Below are positions 42,041-54,378 of a stretch of DNA of 64,000 nt, one piece after another. Position 1 is the first letter of the stretch, and every line of letters starts with the position of its first letter. Source of the stretch: Candidatus Dormiibacterota bacterium (GTDB taxonomy: Bacteria; Chloroflexota; Dormibacteria; Aeolococcales; Aeolococcaceae); NCBI GenBank assembly GCA_963709585.1, contig CAVPXI010000006.1, positions 1 through 64,000 of the forward strand, in the 5' to 3' direction. The translations under genes were made by a program, and so were the position numbers. The notes under the pieces are model-generated. The model was not told the origin of the DNA. It ran no database searches and was given only the letters and a program-made list of their open reading frames with translations.

Positions 42041-43354
42041 ATGAAGCTCTTCAATCGGCTGCGCACTCTGCCGCTACCGGCCGGCACCATCCCGGTCGCG
42101 ATCGGCCTTGGGCTCGCGGGCCTGATGCAGTACGGCTTCCTCGTGGTCGCGGCGCGGGCGCTCGGCACCGCTCGCTTCGCTCCTCTTTCGGTGTTCTGGG
42201 CGCTGCTCTTCGTCTGCGGTCCGGGATTCTTCCTGCCGCTCGAGCAGGAGACCGGCCGGGCGATCGCGGCCAGACGGGTGCGCGGCGAGGGCGGACGTCC
42301 GGTCTTCATGCGCGCGGCATTGCTCGGCAGTGTCCTGGCGGTGGTGTTGATCATCGCCACGCTGGCGGCGGCCGGCCCGATCGACCAGCACGTCTTCAAA
42401 GGAGACCCGGCGTTGCTCGCCGGGCTCGTGGGCGGGTTCGCCGCGTATCTCTGCGAGTTCCTCGCCCGGGGTGCCCTGGCGGGCAACGCTCGCTTCGGCG
42501 CCTACGGGCTCCTGCTCGGCGGCGAAGGAGCACTCCGGGTCGTGTTCGCCGCGATCCTCGCGGTCGTGGGAGTCAAGACCGCCGGTCCCTACGGGATCTC
42601 GCTCATCGTCGCCTCATTCGCGGCGATCGCCCTGGCGACCGCCGGCCGGCGCGGACTGCTCCGTCCCGGCCCGCCCGCGCCGTGGCGGGAGATCACCCAC
42701 GCTCTCGGCTTCCTCCTGATCGCCTCGGTGTTCACCCAGGTGCTGCTCAGCGTCGGCGCGGTCGCCGTGCAGCTGCTCGCGACGCCGGCCGAGCAGACCG
42801 CGGCGGGCAGGTTCCAGTTGAGCCGGATCGTCGCCTACGTTCCGATCTTCCTGTTCCAAGCGGTCCAGTCGGCGCTGCTCCCCAAGCTCTCCACGCTTGC
42901 CACCGGCGGACGCCACCGTGAGTTCCAGGCCCTGCTGACCCGGCTGCTGCTCCTCATGGCTGGTCTGGGCGCGGTCGCCATCGCCGGTTTCACGATCCTG
43001 GGTCCGACCGTGACCCGGATCCTCTTCGGCCACGGATTCGAATTGAGCAACCTCGACTTCGCGCTGCTGTCGGCCAGCTGCATCGGGTTCATCTTCACCC
43101 AGATCTTCGGCTACGTCCTGATCTCCCTCTCCGGCTACCGGCGGGTGGCCCTGGGGTGGACGTGCGGGGCGATCGTGTTCTTCGTGGTGACCGCGGTCGG
43201 CTCGTCACTGTTCCTGCGGGTCGAGCTGGGGCTGCTCTGCGGCGCGCTCGCTTCGTCAGCGGTCATGGCGGTGCTGCTGCTCCCCCTGTTGCGAGCGCGC
43301 GGCGCTATCGAAACGGACCTGCTAATTTCCGATTTGGGAGGCCCGCCCGGCTGA
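42041..43354 (+). CDS. Wzx/MOP-like polysaccharide flippase
   Basis: About 12 TM segments, LEQETGR and LLPKLS motifs; first gene of a sugar operon. Confidence 0.75.
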   Translation: MKLFNRLRTLPLPAGTIPVAIGLGLAGLMQYGFLVVAARALGTARFAPLSVFWALLFVCGPGFFLPLEQETGRAIAARRVRGEGGRPVFMRAALLGSVLAVVLIIATLAAAGPIDQHVFKGDPALLAGLVGGFAAYLCEFLARGALAGNARFGAYGLLLGGEGALRVVFAAILAVVGVKTAGPYGISLIVASFAAIALATAGRRGLLRPGPPAPWREITHALGFLLIASVFTQVLLSVGAVAVQLLATPAEQTAAGRFQLSRIVAYVPIFLFQAVQSALLPKLSTLATGGRHREFQALLTRLLLLMAGLGAVAIAGFTILGPTVTRILFGHGFELSNLDFALLSASCIGFIFTQIFGYVLISLSGYRRVALGWTCGAIVFFVVTAVGSSLFLRVELGLLCGALASSAVMAVLLLPLLRARGAIETDLLISDLGGPPG

Positions 43355-43364
43355 GACTGCGCCC

Positions 43365-44324
43365 ATGGGTGCTCGTGCCCGGATCGCGCTGGTCGGAGCC
43401 GGGGCGATGGGCGCCAATCACGCGCGCGTCATCACGGAGTCCGACGGCGCCGACCTGACGGTGATCATCGACACCGATTCCGAGCGGGTCCGACCGCTCG
43501 CGGAACGGCTCGGCTGCTCCTTTGCCGAGGATCTCGACGCCGCCGCCGGATGCGACGCCGCCGTGATCGCGACCCCGACCGCCTTTCATGCGATCGCCGC
43601 GCGGGCCTTGCTCGAGCTCGGAAAGCCGATCCTCGTCGAGAAGCCGGTGACGCCCGACCTCGAGACCAGCCGGGCGCTGGTCGCGTGCGCAGAGCGCCGG
43701 GGCGTGCCCCTGATGTGCGGCTTCGTGGAGCGCTTCAACCCGGTCGTTGCCACCATGCGCAGCCTCCTCGACGAGGATCCGGTCCACATCGTAGGGCTCC
43801 GCCACTCACCGGAGACGCCACGAAGCACCCTGAGCGTCGTCTTCGATCTGCTGATCCACGAGATCGACCTCGCGCTGACCTACATGGGCGGGGCGAGGCC
43901 GTCTCGCGTCTGCGGCGCCACCAGCGCGGCGGGTCGCGAGTCGATCATGGAGGTCGCCGACTGCCTGCTCCAATTCCAGAGTGGGGCGATCGCGACCCTC
44001 TCTGCCAGCCGGGCGAGCCAGCGCAAGGTGCGTACCCAACTCGTCGCCACGTCGACTGCGCTCTACGACATCGACCTCCTCCGCCAGGACCTGACCGTCT
44101 ACCGGCATCGAGCCCACGCCCAAGGGGTCGGCGTCGGCCAGGCCGCCGGGTATCGAGCCGAGACCGTGATCGACATCCCATTCGTCCGCCATACCGGCGA
44201 GCCGCTCGCGCTCCAGTTCGCCCACTTCCTCGATCTGGTGTCGGGTCGCGCCGACGCATGTGCGGAACGCAACTCGATTCTTCCGGCTCACGAGGTCGCG
44301 GCTGCGATCGAGGAGTGCTCGTGA
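43365..44324 (+). CDS. Gfo/Idh/MocA oxidoreductase (WlbA/WbpB-like)
   Basis: GAGAMG, VEKP, GFVERFNP, DLLIHEID. Confidence 0.9.
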   Translation: MGARARIALVGAGAMGANHARVITESDGADLTVIIDTDSERVRPLAERLGCSFAEDLDAAAGCDAAVIATPTAFHAIAARALLELGKPILVEKPVTPDLETSRALVACAERRGVPLMCGFVERFNPVVATMRSLLDEDPVHIVGLRHSPETPRSTLSVVFDLLIHEIDLALTYMGGARPSRVCGATSAAGRESIMEVADCLLQFQSGAIATLSASRASQRKVRTQLVATSTALYDIDLLRQDLTVYRHRAHAQGVGVGQAAGYRAETVIDIPFVRHTGEPLALQFAHFLDLVSGRADACAERNSILPAHEVAAAIEECS

Positions 44325-45067
44325 GCGACCCGACCGTCACCTACGTCATCCCGGTCCACAACCAGATCGCCAACGTACGAAGGACCGTTCGCCTGCTGGT
44401 CGCGCGCCTTGGCCACCTTCCCGGGTCGGAGATCATCCTCGTGGAGAACGGGTCGACCGACGGATCCGGCCCGCTCTGCCTCTCGGTGGCGGCGTCGGTC
44501 GACAGCGACGAGGTGGCCGTTCGGGTCACCACCTCGGCGAAGGGCATGGGCTTCGCGTGGCGCCGGGGGATCGCCATGGCCCGCGCTGACACCCTGGTCC
44601 TGACCGCGGCCGACCTGCCCTTCGGCTTCACCGATCTCGACGGCTACCTCGGCCTCAGCCCGCGCCCGGCCCTCGTGATGGGGTCGAAGACGCATCCCGA
44701 GTCGCAGATCGAGGCGCCGGCGGTCCGGCGCGCCATGTCGGCGGGATTCGGCCTGCTGCGCTCCGGCATCATCGGGCTCGACGTCGACACCCAGGGCACG
44801 GTGCTCATCCAGCGCTCGCTCGCCCATGCATTGTTGCCGCGCCTGCGCGCCGGCGATTACCTGATCGGCGCCGAGATCAATCTCTGGGCCGTGCACGAGG
44901 GAGTCACGCCGGTGGAGGTCCCGGTCGTCTACACGGCGTCCGGGCATTCCACGGTGTCCCCACTTCGCGATTCGGTGTCGATGGCGGTGGGCCTCGTGGC
45001 CCTGCGCCGGCGGCTCGCCGAGGAGCGGCGCCCGCAGCGGCATGCCGGCGAGGTGGCGGCATCGTGA
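44321..45067 (+). CDS. GT2 glycosyltransferase
   Basis: IPVHN, ENGSTDGS, KGMG, AADL, DTQG; GTGA coupling. Confidence 0.85.
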   Translation: MSDPTVTYVIPVHNQIANVRRTVRLLVARLGHLPGSEIILVENGSTDGSGPLCLSVAASVDSDEVAVRVTTSAKGMGFAWRRGIAMARADTLVLTAADLPFGFTDLDGYLGLSPRPALVMGSKTHPESQIEAPAVRRAMSAGFGLLRSGIIGLDVDTQGTVLIQRSLAHALLPRLRAGDYLIGAEINLWAVHEGVTPVEVPVVYTASGHSTVSPLRDSVSMAVGLVALRRRLAEERRPQRHAGEVAAS

Positions 45068-46188
45068 CCGCCGTCCACGCCCCGGCTGAGCCTCGGATCC
45101 GGATCTCCGCACCCCATCTGGGCCGGGAGGTCGAGGAACTGGTCCTTTCGGTGCTCCGCAGCGGCCACCTCGCCCAGGGGCCGATGGTCGAACGATTTGA
45201 AGCGCTCTGCACGGCGATGGCCGGCACCGCGCACGCGATCGCGGTGAGCAACGGGACGGTCGCGCTCGACGCGGCGCTGGCCGTGCTCGAGATCGGTCCG
45301 GGCCAGGAGGTGATCACGTCCCCGTTCACCTTCGCGGCAACCATCAACGCGATCCTGCGCAGTGGGGCGTCGGTTCGTTTCGCCGACATCCGCGAGGACT
45401 TCACGATCGATCCGGCGTCGGTCGCCGCGTTGATCGGGCCGGCGACGGCGGCGATCATGCCAGTGCATCTCTATGGGCTCCCCGCCGACATGCGCCCGCT
45501 CATGTCGCTCGCCGCCTCGCACCGGCTGTCGGTGGTCGAGGACGCCGCTCAAGCGCACGCCGCCGACATCGACGGCCGTCGCACCGGCGGTTTCGGCCTG
45601 GGCTGCTTCTCGTTCTATGCCACCAAGAACGTCACCAGCGGCGAGGGCGGCTGCGTCACCACCGACGATTCGATGCTCGCCGAGCGACTCAGGGTGCTGC
45701 GCAACCAGGGGATGCGCTCCCGGTATGATTACGCCATGATCGGCCAGAACTGGCGGATGACCGACGTGGCCGCGGCGATCGCCATTCCCCAGATGGAGCA
45801 CCTCGACGAGATCGTCAGAGCGCGACGGCACAATGCCGCGGTGCTGACGTCGCTGCTCGAGACCAATCCGGCAGTCACGACTCCGTTCGTGCCCTCCGGT
45901 CGCGGCCATGTCTGGCACCAGTACACGGTGCTGCTGGAGCCGGGGATCGATCGTGACCGCGTCGCGGCGGCGATGTCGTCAGACGGCGTCGATACCGGCG
46001 TGTACTACCCCGCGCTGGTCTGGGACCACGACGCCTACCGCAACCATCCGAACGTGCACCGGGACGACACTCCGGTCGCGCGCGACTCGGCGTTGCGCTG
46101 CCTCTCGCTCCCCGTGCACCCCGGGTTGAGCGCCCACGATCTAGAGCGGGTTGCCGCCAGTCTCGAGCGGGCGCTGATCGCGATCTGA
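45064..46188 (+). CDS. DegT/DnrJ/EryC1/StrS aminotransferase
   Basis: NGT, EDAAQAH, SFYATKNVTSGEGG. Confidence 0.95.
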   Translation: MTAVHAPAEPRIRISAPHLGREVEELVLSVLRSGHLAQGPMVERFEALCTAMAGTAHAIAVSNGTVALDAALAVLEIGPGQEVITSPFTFAATINAILRSGASVRFADIREDFTIDPASVAALIGPATAAIMPVHLYGLPADMRPLMSLAASHRLSVVEDAAQAHAADIDGRRTGGFGLGCFSFYATKNVTSGEGGCVTTDDSMLAERLRVLRNQGMRSRYDYAMIGQNWRMTDVAAAIAIPQMEHLDEIVRARRHNAAVLTSLLETNPAVTTPFVPSGRGHVWHQYTVLLEPGIDRDRVAAAMSSDGVDTGVYYPALVWDHDAYRNHPNVHRDDTPVARDSALRCLSLPVHPGLSAHDLERVAASLERALIAI

Positions 46189-46201
46189 CAGCGGCGCCGC
46201 G

Positions 46202-47510
46202 TCAGCCGGACGCCGTCGAACTCGATCGCCGAGAGCAGTTCGTCACCCTGGTCGGCGGGCCCGACCAGCGCCATGCGCACCTCCCCGATGCCATCGGCGA
46301 TCTGCTCGGCGATCGTCTGCACCTCGGCCGCGGTGACCTTCATGATGGCCTCGGCACGGTCGTCCGGGGTCTCGAGCGGGAGTTCGGCGCGCCAGCGAGT
46401 CCCGTAGAACCGCGCGCTCGCGATTGATGTCTCGGTGGAGCGCAGCAGCCTGCCGATCATCGCCGACTTCGCGGCGGCGAGCTCGTCGGCGGCGACGCGC
46501 TTCGAGGCGATCTTGCGGAACTCCTTGAACGCGAGCCTCGTGGCTTTGCGCGCGTCCTTCGGGCGGGTCGCGGTGGCGATCGCGAACAGCCCGGTGTCGT
46601 CGAAACCGGCGTGGTGCGCGTAGATGCTGTAGACGAGACCGTTGCGCTCTCGAACCGTCTGGAACAACCGCGACGACATGCCACCGCCGAGCACATGGGT
46701 CATGACCGAGAGCTGAGTGCGTCGCGGGTCGGTCGCCGGGATCCCGGGCACGGCGAACACCATGTGCACCTGCGGCTCCTCCTGCGCGGTCACAGGGCGG
46801 ACGTTGGCCGTGTAGCGATCCCCGAGGCCCCATTTGGCCTTGGTGCGGCGACGCGGCTTGCCCCGCGGGATGTCCGCGAGCAGCTCGAGCGCCTGGTCCT
46901 GGCTCATGGTCGCGCCGCCCGCGATGACGAGGCACATCGACTTCGGCGAATAGAACGCACGGTGGTACTCGGTGAGCTGTTCGCGCGTCGCCTTCTCGAT
47001 CACCGCGGGAAATCCGGCAGCGGACCAGGACATCGGCTGGTCACCGCCGAAGGCCACGGTTCCGAGACGGTCCCATATCCAGCCGTCGGGGTCGGCGAGC
47101 CGCATCGACAGCTCCTGGAGCACGACGTTGCGCTCGCGCTCGACCTCCTCGGCTGCGAAGAGAGGCCGGCTGAGCATGTCGCAGATGACATCCGCAAGCT
47201 CGAGCATCGCGGTCGCCGGGCCTTCGGCGAAGTACGCGACTTCCTCGGTATCGGTGTACGCGTTGGTGTTGGCGCCGAGACGATCGATCTCGCGCGAGAT
47301 GATCTTCGTGGTGGGGCGGCGCTCGGTGCCCTTGAAGAACATGTGCTCGAGGTAGTGCGCGAGCCCGGAGGTCTCGGCCGATTCGTCGCGAGAGCCGGCG
47401 CGAACGATGAGGAACACGCCGGAGTTCCGGCTGCTCGAGGGCGCGTTGAGCAGGCTGACTCCGTTGCCGAGAACCGTCAGCTCGGGCCGATAGGGGATGT
47501 TTGCGGCCAT
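46202..47510 (-). CDS. M16 family zinc peptidase; apparent +1 frameshift at 46219-46220 near the C-terminus
   Basis: HYLEHMFFKGT, NAYT, GGGMSSRLF; removing one base ends the gene at 46202 (IESTASG*) and removes a 150-bp overlap with DegT. Confidence 0.92.
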
Positions 47511-47512
47511 GG

Positions 47513-49350
<1,838 letters not shown>

Positions 49351-49408
49351 CGGAGCCAGTCTATCCGACAAACTCTGTGACCGTGCCCTCCCCAGCGAGC
49401 CCTGCGCG

Positions 49409-50527
49409 ATGAGGGTGGCCATGGATGGGCGGCCGCTCCAGGGCGCGTCCTCGGTGCGCGGGATTGGGAGCTACGAGCGCGGCCTGCTCGCGGGGTTCGG
49501 CGAGCTGGCGCAGCCGCCTCAGGTCAGCCTGCTGCTCTCCGCGCACCAGGAGCTGCCGGCCGAGGTCACGATCGCCCTCCGGCCCGTGGCGCGGCGCATC
49601 CCCGTGGTCCACCCGACGCTCCAGCCGATCGCCGATACGCTCCTGGTGGCGAACGCGCTTCGCGGCACGAACGCCGACCTGTACCACGCGATCGAGTTCG
49701 GACAGCCGTTGCGCACGCAACTCCCGGTGGTGGTCACGGTCCACGACCTGATTCCGTTCGTGATGCCACGCGACTACCCGTGGGTGCGCAGGGCACGGAT
49801 CCTCGGACTGCGCCTCCTCCACCGCGCCGACGCGGTGATCGCCGTGTCCGACTCAACCCGTCGCGACGTCATCCGCTTCACGAGAACGGATCCGGGGCGG
49901 ATCGCCGTGATCCCGGAAGGAATCTCACCCGCGTTCCGTCCCGCCTCCCCTGATGCGGTGCACCGCCTTCGCGACAAATTCCGCCTGCACCGGCCGTTCC
50001 TCCTCGCGGTCGGCACCTTCGACCCGCGCAAGCGCATCGCTGTGCTCGCCGACGTGGTCCGTCGCGTTCGTCGCGACCACGATGTTGCGCTCGTCATCGC
50101 CGGCGATCAGGGGACGTTCACTGGAGCGGTGACCGACGCGCTGGCGCGCGCCGGGCTCGCCGAACACGGTCGCGTGATCGGCCACGTCACCAACGACGAT
50201 CTGGTCGCCCTGTACACCGCTGCTGAGGTATTCGTCTTCACGTCCGCATACGAAGGGTTCGGATTGCCGCCGCTCGAGGCGATGGCCTGCGGCACGCCGG
50301 CGGTGGTCTTCGACAACTCGTCGCTGCGGGAGGTGAGCGGCGGCGCGGCGAGCATCGTGCCCGACGGCGATGCGAACGCCATGGCGGCGGCGATCAACGC
50401 CGTGCTCGACGACCCTGCCGAGCGCGAGCGGCGGCGGTCCGACGGGCTTGCATGGGTCGCGAATTTCACCTGGCCGCGGGCCGCGGCGTTGACCTATGAG
50501 ATCTATCGGTCGGTGCTCGAGCGCTGA
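49409..50527 (+). CDS. GT4 glycosyltransferase
   Basis: TVHDLIP, PRK, EGFGLPPLEAMACG. Confidence 0.95.
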   Translation: MRVAMDGRPLQGASSVRGIGSYERGLLAGFGELAQPPQVSLLLSAHQELPAEVTIALRPVARRIPVVHPTLQPIADTLLVANALRGTNADLYHAIEFGQPLRTQLPVVVTVHDLIPFVMPRDYPWVRRARILGLRLLHRADAVIAVSDSTRRDVIRFTRTDPGRIAVIPEGISPAFRPASPDAVHRLRDKFRLHRPFLLAVGTFDPRKRIAVLADVVRRVRRDHDVALVIAGDQGTFTGAVTDALARAGLAEHGRVIGHVTNDDLVALYTAAEVFVFTSAYEGFGLPPLEAMACGTPAVVFDNSSLREVSGGAASIVPDGDANAMAAAINAVLDDPAERERRRSDGLAWVANFTWPRAAALTYEIYRSVLER

Positions 50528-50539
50528 AGGCGCCGAGCG

Positions 50540-52073
50540 CTACGCCTTTTCGGTGACGTGATATTCGAGATACGCGCCGAACATCAGCCGGGTCTGCGCC
50601 TCGAGTGCCGGGATCACGCTGAGCGCGAGTCCCACGACCGGGTACGTGAACAGCTGCAACTCCGCCCAGCGCCTGCGCCACCACGGCCACTCCCTGGGCT
50701 TTGGAGATATCCGATAGTCGACCTGCACCAGGAGCAGGGTGTTGAGCAGCGTAATCGTGAGAATGCTCGCGCTGAGACTGCCGAGCAACGCCGAGGTTGA
50801 CGAGAGACTGTAGTCAAGGTCGATGAAGGCCGGCAGCGCACCCCCGAAGAAGAGGAGCAACGGCAGCGTTGCCCAGGTCAGATGGTTGAAGATGAGATTT
50901 GCATATCGGCGTGCGCGCAGACGCCACGGGATCTCCGGGTGCATCAGCATTCGTGAGGTGACGTAAGGGATGTCGGTTGCTCCCCATGCCCACCGCTTGA
51001 TCTGGTTGTACTGCGACGCGTGGGTTGCGGTGTAGGTGCGTGCGCGTGGAGCGTCGCCATACACAGGGAGGAACGCGGGTCTCGTGTTGAGCTTGCCGCC
51101 GGTGTGGAAGAAGGCCTTCCAGAAGAACCGCGAATCCTCGGGGATCACGTCGGAGTCCCAGTAGCCGACACTGGCCAGCAGGTCGAGCGACATCGAGTAC
51201 GACGAGAACATGACCAGCCGATGCGGATTCTGGTGCAGGAACATCTGCCACTGGGTCGCGGCAGTCGCCATCACGCGCACGGCGGTGGGCACTCGCCAGA
51301 TGTTGTTGAGGAACACGGGAACCGGTTGCCAGATCGAGACCAGTCGATCCTCGGCCGCGCAGAACTGCAGCGTGATGTAGGCGAAGTACTGTGGATGCAA
51401 CCGGAAGTCGGAGTCGAGATCGGTCACCATGGTTCGGGACGGATCGAGACCCAGGTCGTCGCATGCCCCCTTGAGCACCGGTCCGCCATACGCCATGGCG
51501 GCCGACTTCCCCACGACGATTCCGGGGAGCAACGGGTCCTTGATGTGCAGGAACAGCCGGAACGAGTTCTCGAACTCAGCGCGCAGCCGGGCCACGTTCT
51601 CGATGCCGCCGGTGTCGGTCTCGCGGGTGATGATCGCGCAGACGCGGAGATGTGCCGGGTAGTTCTGCGCGGCGAGCGCGGCCACGGTCGCGTGGAGGAT
51701 GTCGTACGAACTCGGTGTAGGTCGGAATAAGCGCGCACTGCACCACCTCGGACGGCTTCGGCGCTCCCTCGGGCAGTGACGCCTCGAGGTCCTCGCATCG
51801 CTGCCACCAGTCGACGGCCTCGGTGGCCTCGAGCGCTTTCAGAGTCTTGCGGACACCTCGCACCGTCACCGTGGTCCGCACCAGCCAGTAGGCGTCGAGG
51901 AGGACGGCACCGACGCCGAGGATCCAGAGCATCCCCGGGTCATTGAGCCTGATCGCGAACGCGGCAACCACCGGGACGAGCAGAGCGAACCACGTGAGGG
52001 CGCCCGGGAGGATTTCAAGGAGCCGCTGCTGGGTATGGTGCGACAGCGGGATCGCCCTGGATCGCGCGATCAT
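50540..52073 (-). CDS. Membrane-embedded processive-type GT2; apparent +1 frameshift at 51709-51710
   Basis: PTYTE, GKS, DLDSD, PEDSR, QIKRW motifs; N- and C-terminal TMs; two ORFs join by removing one base. Confidence 0.88.
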
Positions 52074-52111
52074 CTGCACGCAGTCTACCGATCCGTCACA
52101 TACGAGCCTGA

Positions 52112-53512
52112 ATGCCCAAAGAACCAACCGACCCCACCGCCGAAGCCGACCAGGAGCCCGAGACCCCGGCCGCCGAGGTGCCGGAGGGTGACGCAGTCGA
52201 GCTGGACGATACCGACGACACCGACGACATCGCGATCGAGATCGGGGTTGTCGTCGCGGTCGACGAGGACGATGACGATGACGACGACGAGGAGGAGGTC
52301 GTGGCGGTAGCCGCGCCGGTGGTGGTCGCACCTCCACCGCGTCCTTCGCCGACACCCGGGCGACCGCCCGGGGCGCGCGAGGAACCCCCGCCCCCATTCG
52401 GCGTCGGCGAGCGGGTGATCCTCACGTCGAACACCCGCCCGCGCACGGGGACATCGATCGGGGACTACCCGGTCGGCTCCAGGGGAATCGTCGAGACGGT
52501 GTTGAGCCAGACGGCGATCGTTCGTTTCGACAGGCACTCGGACACCAAGGAGGTCGTCGCCTTCACGTGTCTCGAGACGGCCGAGACACCGGACCGCCAT
52601 GCCGAGCTGACCCAGCTCATGGTCGAGCCTGTACGCGTCGGCGATCGAGGTCCGCGGCCCGCCGCCAACGGTGCGGTCGCGCCCTCCGCGGCTGAGCCGG
52701 CGCCGAAGCCGGCTGAAGCAGCGGTCGCGCCTCCGCCGCCCAGGGCCGCCGCGCCCCCCGCCAGACGGACGGAGCCGCATGTCGTGGTTGCGCCTCCGGC
52801 ACCGCGGCCCGAGCCCGCCGCCAAGCCGTCCGCGACGGCATCCTCCCGTGAGGCGAGGACCATGGCCTCCGCGGCACCTGTGCAATCCAGACCCGCACTG
52901 AAAGCGGCCCCGGTGTCCAAGCCGAAGCCGGCTGCGAAGGCTGCCGCCGTCAAACCGGCACCGGCGGCCAAGCCGAAGCCCACCGTCAAGGCCAAACCGG
53001 CGGCCACACCCAAGTCCGCCGCCAGAGTGAAGCCTCCGGGCGCCGTCAAGCCCAAACCGGCAGCCAAAAGCGCCAAGAGCGGAACGAGCCCTGCCAAGAG
53101 CACCACGACGGCGAGGAGCGCCGTTACCGGCAAGAGCACCAAGGCCGGCAAGAGCGCCGCTGCCAAGCGCAGTGCCGGGAAGCGCACCGCTGCTCCGAAG
53201 AGCAGTGCCGCCAAGCGCACTGCGGCCAAGAAGCCCGCTGCCAGCAAGACGGTAGCCAAGAGCAAGACAGCCGCCAAGACGGCGGCCCGATCCGCAGCGG
53301 CCAAACCGGCGCCGAAGTCAGGCGCAAAAGCGGTCGCAAAGCCAGCCGCGAAGGCCAAGGCGACTGCGCCGAAGAGGTCGGCCGCCAAGCCCGCTCCAGC
53401 CAAGCCCGCTCGGTCGTCCGCCGCCAAACGACCGGCCCCCGCCAAGCGATCCCCGGCCACCACGGCCAAGTCAGCCCGCGTCAAACCCCAGGCAAGTCGC
53501 CGAGGACGCTGA
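52112..53512 (+). CDS. Acidic N-terminus + small beta-barrel + Lys/Ala/Pro-rich histone H1-like tail
   Basis: D/E tract, FGVGERVIL..GSRGIVE..IVRFD domain, repeated KPAAK/AAKR units. Confidence 0.8.
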   Translation: MPKEPTDPTAEADQEPETPAAEVPEGDAVELDDTDDTDDIAIEIGVVVAVDEDDDDDDDEEEVVAVAAPVVVAPPPRPSPTPGRPPGAREEPPPPFGVGERVILTSNTRPRTGTSIGDYPVGSRGIVETVLSQTAIVRFDRHSDTKEVVAFTCLETAETPDRHAELTQLMVEPVRVGDRGPRPAANGAVAPSAAEPAPKPAEAAVAPPPPRAAAPPARRTEPHVVVAPPAPRPEPAAKPSATASSREARTMASAAPVQSRPALKAAPVSKPKPAAKAAAVKPAPAAKPKPTVKAKPAATPKSAARVKPPGAVKPKPAAKSAKSGTSPAKSTTTARSAVTGKSTKAGKSAAAKRSAGKRTAAPKSSAAKRTAAKKPAASKTVAKSKTAAKTAARSAAAKPAPKSGAKAVAKPAAKAKATAPKRSAAKPAPAKPARSSAAKRPAPAKRSPATTAKSARVKPQASRRGR

Positions 53513-53524
53513 TCGGCCCCGGGC

Positions 53525-54277
53525 TTATCCCGCGCGGTTCGCCGCCTCCGGCTCCAGGGACGCGTAGACCCCGCGGTAGGCAGGTGGCAGGAGCTCGGCG
53601 ATTCGCGATCCGATGAGATCGGCCACCGCCTGATCGTCGCGCCGTTCCCCAGGCACCCGCTCGGGTAGCTGGAAGACGGGGCCGAGCTTCAGCCGGATCG
53701 GGACGCGCCGGGGAAACCTGCGGCCCCGAGGAAGGGCGGCTTCAGTCCCCCAGACGCCCACGGGAAGAATGGATGCGCCGGACCGGCGTGCGAGGAACCC
53801 GACCCCCGCTTCGGCCCGGCGCATCCCAGGGGCGGCCGAGCGCGTGCCCTCGAGGAACATGAGCAGCCGGCCACGGCGCGCAAGCACATCGAGCGCCGTC
53901 TTCAGGGCACGGCGGTCGGCGGTGCCGCGGTCGATCGGGAAGCAATTACAGCCCGCGAGGATCCAGGCCACGATCGGGTTGTTGAACAACTCGCGCTTGG
54001 ACATGCAGTAGAGAACCCCCGGACCAAAGCCGCCGAAGATCCACGGATCGATGTTGCTCAGGTGATTGCAGACCACCAGAAGTGGCCCTTCGGATGGAAA
54101 CGACGACATCGGATCGAGCTGGAGCCCGCGACCGAAGAATCCGCGCAGCGAGACCCTGCAGATCAGCGAGACCGCGTGGTAGCGCAATGACCTGACCCCG
54201 TCATCGCGGACGGGGAATCGCTCGGGAAAGCCGGGAATCTCTGCGGTCACGAGTATCGATGGTAGGGCGTGCCGCAT
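53525..54277 (-). CDS. plsC: 1-acyl-sn-glycerol-3-phosphate acyltransferase family
   Basis: NHLSNID (HX4D), FPIDR, EGTRS. Confidence 0.9.
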   Translation of the reverse strand: MRHALPSILVTAEIPGFPERFPVRDDGVRSLRYHAVSLICRVSLRGFFGRGLQLDPMSSFPSEGPLLVVCNHLSNIDPWIFGGFGPGVLYCMSKRELFNNPIVAWILAGCNCFPIDRGTADRRALKTALDVLARRGRLLMFLEGTRSAAPGMRRAEAGVGFLARRSGASILPVGVWGTEAALPRGRRFPRRVPIRLKLGPVFQLPERVPGERRDDQAVADLIGSRIAELLPPAYRGVYASLEPEAANRAG

Positions 54278-54302
54278 GGGCGGCAATACAATCCTGGCTC
54301 CG

Positions 54303-54372
54303 GCCCCCTTAGCTCATCGGTAGAGCAGCCGGCTTTAACCGGTTGAGGGAGGTTCGATTCCTCCAGGGGGCA
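54303..54372 (+). tRNA. tRNA or pseudo-tRNA, Lys/Asn-like, with a 6-nt anticodon loop
   Basis: Acceptor GCCCCCT/AGGGGGC+A, D arm GCTC/GAGC, anticodon arm GCCGG-CTTTAA-CCGGT, T arm GGAGG-TTCGATT-CCTCC; TACAAT upstream. Confidence 0.8.
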
Positions 54373-54378
54373 GCGTTC

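Noticed and set aside
46035-46201. Real 150-bp overlap of the M16 peptidase with the DegT gene
   Set aside because: Disappears when one duplicated base at 46219-46220 is removed
49351-49408. Possible SAH riboswitch before apt-ahcY
   Set aside because: Only ~58 bp intergenic, and a -10 box sits 7 nt before the start, leaving no leader
52860-53510. Repetitive DNA as a CRISPR or tandem array
   Set aside because: Degenerate codon-level repeats of the Lys/Ala-rich protein; no constant repeat-spacer period
54303-54372. tRNA-Pyl or a true ochre suppressor
   Set aside because: No CUA anticodon, canonical TTCGA and GG motifs are retained, and no pyl genes; a missing N34 is more parsimonious
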